Source: an uncultured Defluviitaleaceae bacterium
GTDB taxonomy: Bacteria; Bacillota; Clostridia; Lachnospirales; WRBF01
Reading direction: 5' to 3'
Length of the DNA stretch: 64,000 bases
NCBI GenBank assembly: GCA_964468805.1
Contig: CAYXWM010000004.1
Span: 969 to 64,968, forward strand
Positions 58,001 to 64,000 of this stretch are shown in pieces (position 1 is the first letter of the stretch; each line of letters opens with the position of its first letter). The position numbers were made by a program, and so were the translations under genes. The notes beneath the pieces are model-generated. The model made no database searches, was not told the origin of the DNA, and saw nothing but the letters and a program-made list of their open reading frames with translations.

Positions 58001-58180
58001 AATGCAAATAAACTCTTATCTACAAGCATAATATATAGAAAAAATTCAAGGATTATAGAGGTCGGAAATGGTTCCCGACGCACTCTGAGCAAGAATACCT
58101 GAGATGCCGGATACACCGACCATCCTTTAATCCCAACTTGATAAAAGGCACTTGCAGAAATGCAGGTGCTTTTTTGTTTG
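58001..58180 (+). ncRNA. Candidate small RNA / orphan leader with its own promoter and terminator
   Basis: Promoter TTGTAA (57966-57971), 17 nt including TGT, TAAAAT (57989-57994). No credible ORF. Internal mutually exclusive pairings. Terminator GGCACTTGCA-GAAA-TGCAGGTGCT plus TTTTTTGTTTGGTTTTT at 58146-58180. gdhA has a separate promoter downstream. Confidence 0.4.
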
Positions 58181-58243
58181 GTTTTTAGATTAAATAATAT
58201 AAAATTTTGTGCACTTTACCGGTTTAAAGAATTAAAAAAAATA

Positions 58244-58272
58244 TTGCAAAACTTTAATCTTAATTTTATAAT
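58244..58272 (+). promoter_or_regulatory. gdhA sigma-A promoter
   Basis: TTGCAA (58244-58249), 17 nt, TATAAT (58267-58272). Confidence 0.7.
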
Positions 58273-58287
58273 CAGTAGTTGAGGTAA

Positions 58288-59640
<1,353 letters not shown>

Positions 59641-59677
59641 TAAATAAACTATAAATTAAGTAATAGATTTAATAAAA

Positions 59678-59712
59678 GTGAGGTATTGCCAAAAGCAGTA
59701 CCTCATTTTTTT
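59678..59712. terminator. Bidirectional terminator
   Basis: GTGAGGTA..TACCTCAT stem followed by TTTTTTT. Confidence 0.75.
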
Positions 59713-59730
59713 GCAAAGTTTCGACTAAAG

Positions 59731-60099
59731 TTAATCCAAAACGATGTACTTTTCTTGTTTTAAGACGTCTAGTGCCCTCTGAAAATTCTCCGCCTTTGTT
59801 AGTATATAATCCGTATTAAAGGTAGAAACAGCAAATATCCCTATTTTATTTTCTGCAAGAACAGCGGAGATTTTGGATAGTATTCCTATCAAGGAAAAGT
59901 CCAACTCTCCTTCTATTCTGAATGCTTTCCAGCCGTCATCACGCTTGATTGTATGTTCGGGAACAGCGTCCGTAGGACAAACCAAAGATATTTCCTCATC
60001 GGTTACGCCCACAAAAGTAAATTCGGCTGTTAAGTTTATATTATCAGTCTTGTCTAACTTACAAACAGAGAATTCTTTTTGAATAACTTTCAGATTCAT
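59731..60099 (-). CDS. ACT-domain (ACT_7-like) protein
   Basis: MNLKVIQKEFSVCKL..WKAFRIEGELDFSLIGILSKISAVLAENKIGIFAVSTFNTDYIL. The ATG at 60099 lies 5 nt after GGAGG. Confidence 0.7.
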   Translation of the reverse strand: MNLKVIQKEFSVCKLDKTDNINLTAEFTFVGVTDEEISLVCPTDAVPEHTIKRDDGWKAFRIEGELDFSLIGILSKISAVLAENKIGIFAVSTFNTDYILTKAENFQRALDVLKQEKYIVLD

Positions 60100-60153
60100 C
60101 AGTGCCTCCAAATTTCAAGGGAGAGAACCGTTGTACGTTCTCTCCCGAGTTTT

Positions 60154-61074
60154 TTAGTCTTGCTTCCTATACAAATCGTAAGGTGTTTCTTGGTATACGT
60201 AATAATTAAGCCAGTTGGAAAACATCAACGAAGCATGGGAACGCCAGGTGACCAAGGGCGTTTTATAGGGGTCGTCGTTGGGGAAATAGTTGTGGGGTAT
60301 TTGGATGTCCAGGCCTTGGTTCAGGTCACGGAAGTATTCGTTTTTCAGGGTGTCGTAGTCGTATTCGGAATGACCGGTGCAGAAGATTTGGCGGCCGTCT
60401 TTTGTGGCTACAAGATATACCCCTGCCATGTCCGATTCTATGAGGGTTTCCAAATTTGGGTTTTGGTCTATATCGGAGCGTTTAATTTCCGTGTGTCTGG
60501 AGTGGGGTGCGTAGAAAACGTCATCAAAACCCCGGAGGAGATTGATGTTTTCTTTGTTTTTATAATGCGGGAAAATGCCGAACATTTTGTTATCCAAGGG
60601 ATACTTGGGAATGTTGTGGTGATAATACAAGCCGGCTTGGGCACCCCAACAAATATGGAATGTGCTGGTTACGTTTTCCGCCGTCCAAGACATGATTTCG
60701 GTGAGTTCTTTCCAGTAAGACACCTTTTCGTAGTCCAAAAGTTCTATGGGAGCACCGGTAATTATCATGCCGTCGAATTTTTTGCGTTGTACCTCATTCA
60801 TGGTTTTGTAGAAGGTATCTAAATGCTGCATGGAGGTATTTTTGGAAACGTGGCTTTCCATGTGCATTAGGGTAACGTCTATTTGAAGAGGCGTGTTACT
60901 CAAGGCTCTGAGCAACTGAACTTCAGTAGTTTGCTTAATGGGCATTAAATTTAAAATAACTATATCCAAGGGACGGATGTCTTGGTGATAAGCTCTGGTT
61001 TCGTTTATTACGAAAATATTTTCCGAAATAAGTACGTCTTTAGCCGGTAAATTATCGGGTACTTTAATTGGCAT
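60154..61074 (-). CDS. metA: Homoserine O-acyltransferase (MetA family)
   Basis: [50 protein letters not shown] signature. Confidence 0.9.
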   Translation of the reverse strand: MPIKVPDNLPAKDVLISENIFVINETRAYHQDIRPLDIVILNLMPIKQTTEVQLLRALSNTPLQIDVTLMHMESHVSKNTSMQHLDTFYKTMNEVQRKKFDGMIITGAPIELLDYEKVSYWKELTEIMSWTAENVTSTFHICWGAQAGLYYHHNIPKYPLDNKMFGIFPHYKNKENINLLRGFDDVFYAPHSRHTEIKRSDIDQNPNLETLIESDMAGVYLVATKDGRQIFCTGHSEYDYDTLKNEYFRDLNQGLDIQIPHNYFPNDDPYKTPLVTWRSHASLMFSNWLNYYVYQETPYDLYRKQD

Positions 61075-61126
61075 GGAGGCCTCCTGTCAGTCTGTCGTAG
61101 TGTTTGGGTATAAGAAAGACTTTATA

Positions 61127-62953
61127 TTAATTATTTTGTGGTTGTTCTTTTTTATCTTCGTCTCTTGGGAAGCAAATTTTATTGGGGTTTTTACTGCTCC
61201 CGGCTATTATGAATTCTACAAAACGCTTGATGCTTTGCATGAACCTTTCGGATTGCATGGTACCTTTAGAGATAGAGGTCAGCCCTTTTTCCCATTTGCC
61301 TGTGGTTTCCGGTGATTTTATTTCGTCCGGTACGGCTTCTATGAGGAGTTTGCCTTTTTCCGTGGGTATAAGTGCCTTGCCTTTACGTTCTATGTAGCCC
61401 ACGGTAAGCAGGCGTTCAATAATGGCGGCACGGGTAGCAGGCGTACCCAGACCGGAATCTTTGGCGTATTCCTCCGACTCCACAAAGCGACCGGCGTTTT
61501 CCATGGCGGTAAGCAGGGTTGCCTCTGTATAGGGTTTGGGCGGTTGGGTTTTTTTGTGGAGTATCTCCGTAGAGCGTACCTGTATTTTATCGCCTTCTTT
61601 AACGTTTGGCAACAGGGGTTCTTCGTTGGTTTTCATGCTGTCCTTATATAATTCCATATAACCGTAATTTATTACTGTGGTGCCCTTGGTAAGGAAGCGT
61701 TGATTTTCCGCAAGAGAAGTGATTTTTGTAACGTTGTATTCGTATTGGGGATAGAAAACGCAGATAAAACGGCGGGCTATCATGTCATAAACCTGCAACT
61801 CGTCCTTGCTTAAGCTTTGTGGGTTAAAACTTATATCCGTGGGGATTATGGCGTGATGGTCGGTGACCTTGGTATCGTCTATAATCCGTTTGTTTATGGG
61901 CAGTTCCGTAAGATTAAGAACATAATCCACATATGGTCTCAATTCCTGTAAACGTATGGATTGGAGCGTTTTTTTAAGCTTGGGAATCATATCCGTTGAA
62001 AGGTGACGGCTGTCGGTACGGGGATAGGTGATAACTTTTCTTTTCTCGTACAGTGTTTGGGCTATTTCCAAGGTTTGTTTGGCGGAGTAGCCGTATTTTT
62101 TGTTGCAGTCCCTTTGCAGTTGGGTTAGGTCATAAAGGAGAGGAACGGCTTGTTTTTTCAGTTCGTTTTCTATTTTTTCAACGATGCCGTCCTTGCCTTT
62201 GACGGCTTTTTCCAGGTCTTTGGCTTGGGTTTTATTTAAAATTTTGGTCTCGCCGGTATTGGGGTCGAACCAAGTGCCGTTATAGCCATCAAAGCCGGCA
62301 TTTAATTCCCAATATTCCACGGCAACAAAGGCATCGATTTCCTTTTGTTTTGCGACCACTATTGCCAAGGTAGGGGTTTGTACACGACCCATACTGAGCA
62401 GGGTTTTGTATTGGATGGTATAGGCACGGGTTGCGTTTATACCCACCAACCAATCCGCTTCGGAGCGGCATTTTGCACTGTTGTAGAGGCAGTCAAACTC
62501 CTTGCCGTCCTTTAGGTTTTCAAAGCCGGTTTTAATGGCTTCCGGGGTAAGGCTTGAAATCCATAGTCTGGAAAAAGGTTTGGTGCATTTTGTTATGCTG
62601 TAAATGTAGCGAAAAATCAGTTCGCCTTCCCGACCGCTGTCCGTAGCACAGACTATATGGGAAACCTTGGGGCTGTTCATAAGGCTGTCCAGAATTTTCA
62701 GTTGGGACCGGGTACGCTCTATGGGTTTTAGTTTTATTTCTTTCGGGATTATAGGCAGGGTGTTGAGACGCCAAGGTTTAAGCTCGGCATTGTAATCCTC
62801 CGGGTCACAGAGGGTTACAAGATGACCCACAGACCAAGAGATAATGTGGGTATCGTTGAACAAAAATCCGTCGCCTTTGGAGTTGATTTTCAAAACCTTG
62901 GCTATATCCCGTGCAACGGAGGGTTTTTCGGCTATAATAAGAGTTTTGCCCAT
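61127..62953 (-). CDS. topB: DNA topoisomerase III (type IA, no C-terminal zinc fingers)
   Basis: TLIIAEKPSVARDIA (Toprim). ..ITYPRTDSRHLS active-site Tyr region. Confidence 0.88.
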   Translation of the reverse strand: MGKTLIIAEKPSVARDIAKVLKINSKGDGFLFNDTHIISWSVGHLVTLCDPEDYNAELKPWRLNTLPIIPKEIKLKPIERTRSQLKILDSLMNSPKVSHIVCATDSGREGELIFRYIYSITKCTKPFSRLWISSLTPEAIKTGFENLKDGKEFDCLYNSAKCRSEADWLVGINATRAYTIQYKTLLSMGRVQTPTLAIVVAKQKEIDAFVAVEYWELNAGFDGYNGTWFDPNTGETKILNKTQAKDLEKAVKGKDGIVEKIENELKKQAVPLLYDLTQLQRDCNKKYGYSAKQTLEIAQTLYEKRKVITYPRTDSRHLSTDMIPKLKKTLQSIRLQELRPYVDYVLNLTELPINKRIIDDTKVTDHHAIIPTDISFNPQSLSKDELQVYDMIARRFICVFYPQYEYNVTKITSLAENQRFLTKGTTVINYGYMELYKDSMKTNEEPLLPNVKEGDKIQVRSTEILHKKTQPPKPYTEATLLTAMENAGRFVESEEYAKDSGLGTPATRAAIIERLLTVGYIERKGKALIPTEKGKLLIEAVPDEIKSPETTGKWEKGLTSISKGTMQSERFMQSIKRFVEFIIAGSSKNPNKICFPRDEDKKEQPQNN

Positions 62954-63030
62954 AATTCACCTTCTTTGCTGAAAAAAAATTAAAAGAATAAGACCTTGAG
63001 GGTTAAAAAAGGGCTTATCCCATATCAAGG

Positions 63031-63987
63031 CTATTCTTGAGAGTCGTCGCTTTCCGGGGTGATATCGAACAGAGCTTGGGCGAAGCTTGTTGGGTCAAAG
63101 ACTTGAAGGTCGTCGATTTTTTCACCTATTCCTATATAGCGAACGGGGATTTTCAATTCGTTGCTGATGGTAATGACTATGCCGCCTTTGGCTGTGCCGT
63201 CCAGTTTGGTGAGGACTATGCCGGTTATATCGGCAACTTCGGAGAATAATTTGGCTTGTTGCATGGCGTTTTGACCGGTAGTAGCGTCCAGAACCAGGAG
63301 GACTTCGATTTTGGCTTCGGGGTAATTGGAGACGACGATTTTGTGTAATTTTTTAAGCTCGTCCATAAGGTTCTTTTTATTGTGGAGACGACCGGCCGTA
63401 TCGCAGATGAGGGCATCGACTTTACGGGATTTGGCGGCTTGGACTGCATCGAACACAACGGCACCGGGGTCGGAGTTTTCCTGTTGGCGGATTACGTCTA
63501 TGCCGGCACGTTTACCCCAGATTTCAAGCTGGTCGATGGCGGCGGCACGGAAGGTATCTGCGGCGGCAAGGAGCAGTTTGGCGTTGGGGTTTTCTTGGCG
63601 GATAAGGTTGGCGAGTTTGGGGATGGTGGTGGTTTTACCTACGCCGTTTACGCCGATTATCAGGTAGACCGTAGGGAACCGGAATTGGTGTTCCTCGGCT
63701 GATTGGGTGAGGAGTTTGGTAATTTCCTCGACTATCATTGTTTTTATTTGGGAGACTTCGGCAACTTTTTCGGTTTTTACTCTTTTGCGGACCAGGTCGA
63801 TAATTTCGGAGGAGGTGGTAACGCCCAGGTCAGCCATGATTAAGGCTTCTTCCAGTTCTTCAAACAGTTCGTCGTCTATTTTGGTAAAGGACTGCAAGAC
63901 GGTTTCTACGGAGTTTACAATGGATTTGCGGGTTTTGTCCAACCCTTCTATCATTCTGCGGAAGAATCCCTTTTTTTTCTCTGACAT
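63031..63987 (-). CDS. ftsY: Signal recognition particle receptor FtsY
   Basis: NG domain [15 protein letters not shown], ..DTAGR.., ..[10 protein letters not shown]... Confidence 0.93.
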   Translation of the reverse strand: MSEKKKGFFRRMIEGLDKTRKSIVNSVETVLQSFTKIDDELFEELEEALIMADLGVTTSSEIIDLVRKRVKTEKVAEVSQIKTMIVEEITKLLTQSAEEHQFRFPTVYLIIGVNGVGKTTTIPKLANLIRQENPNAKLLLAAADTFRAAAIDQLEIWGKRAGIDVIRQQENSDPGAVVFDAVQAAKSRKVDALICDTAGRLHNKKNLMDELKKLHKIVVSNYPEAKIEVLLVLDATTGQNAMQQAKLFSEVADITGIVLTKLDGTAKGGIVITISNELKIPVRYIGIGEKIDDLQVFDPTSFAQALFDITPESDDSQE

Positions 63988-64000
63988 ATTTTCTCCTTTG

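Noticed and set aside
58060-58115. Fluoride (crcB) riboswitch resemblance in the gdhA-upstream RNA (AATGGTTCC.., ..CTGAGATGCC).
   Set aside because: The required second helix and pseudoknot complementarity are absent (CTCTGAG and CTGAGATG are not complementary). The genomic context is also wrong. The resemblance is superficial.
60079-60822. Long antisense ORFs inside well-supported genes: 60079..60822 in metA, 32421..32939 in the FtsX permease, 34074..34628 in the CARDB gene, 56580..56957 in groEL, and 29513..29890 in hisIE.
   Set aside because: They lie fully within, and antisense to, genes with unambiguous family signatures. They have no RBS and low-complexity translations, which is typical of shadow ORFs.
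61075-61126. SAM (S-box) riboswitch or T-box expected upstream of metA.
   Set aside because: Only 52 nt separate the topB stop from the metA start, containing just an AGGAGG RBS. There is no room for a riboswitch, so metA appears co-transcribed with topB.

Overview
This is a low-GC Firmicutes (Clostridia-like) chromosomal segment. I recognised no rRNA, intact tRNA, CRISPR array, or intact transposase, integrase or reverse transcriptase.

**Left ~10.6 kb (looks accessory):**
- Two adjacent secreted paralogs with different N-terminal heads, one a eukaryote-like C-type lectin with EPN/WND motifs. They share a ~696 bp 3' module, of which 386 bp is identical.
- A decayed YgiT/MqsA-type toxin-antitoxin module.
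- A tRNA/tmRNA-3'-end-like scar with GGGTACTAT repeats.
- An SLH protein with a Pro/Thr tandem repeat, a DUF1311 lipoprotein, gene fragments, and a PadR-DUF1048 pair.

**Remainder (core genome):**
- A TetR-controlled YbjQ/ABC/FtsX cluster, an SNF-family transporter, a cyclophilin, an orphan zinc-ribbon/vWA protein, AKR and MBL enzymes.
- dinB with an SOS box, and two OmpR-type two-component systems.
- hisF-hisIE, an ABC-CARDB-FtsX module, and VanW.
- era, yqzL-recO, mntP, comEA, GerM-comEC-holA, rny.
- groES-groEL with a perfect CIRCE element, gdhA, an ACT protein-metA-topB run, and ftsY.

**Most interesting signals:**
1. Three families of interspersed structured intergenic repeats. Rep-A is a long hairpin with 6 copies. 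Rep-C has 12-bp terminal inverted repeats, with 2 long and 3 short copies. Rep-A and Rep-C share terminal sequences, which is MITE-like. Rep-B is a conserved GAGGGAAAC hairpin that sits just upstream of start codons.
2. A 53-aa ORF that is about 40% methionine with a His-rich N-terminus, missed by the ORF track.
3. A self-contained promoter-to-terminator ~180 nt sRNA candidate upstream of gdhA.
4. A cluster of small ORFs after rny, including a Cys-rich hydrophobic 55-aa peptide that resembles a type I toxin.
5. An uncharacterised ABC ATPase / CARDB-repeat surface protein / FtsX permease module.

All calls are made by eye from the sequence and the ORF translations. No database search was run.
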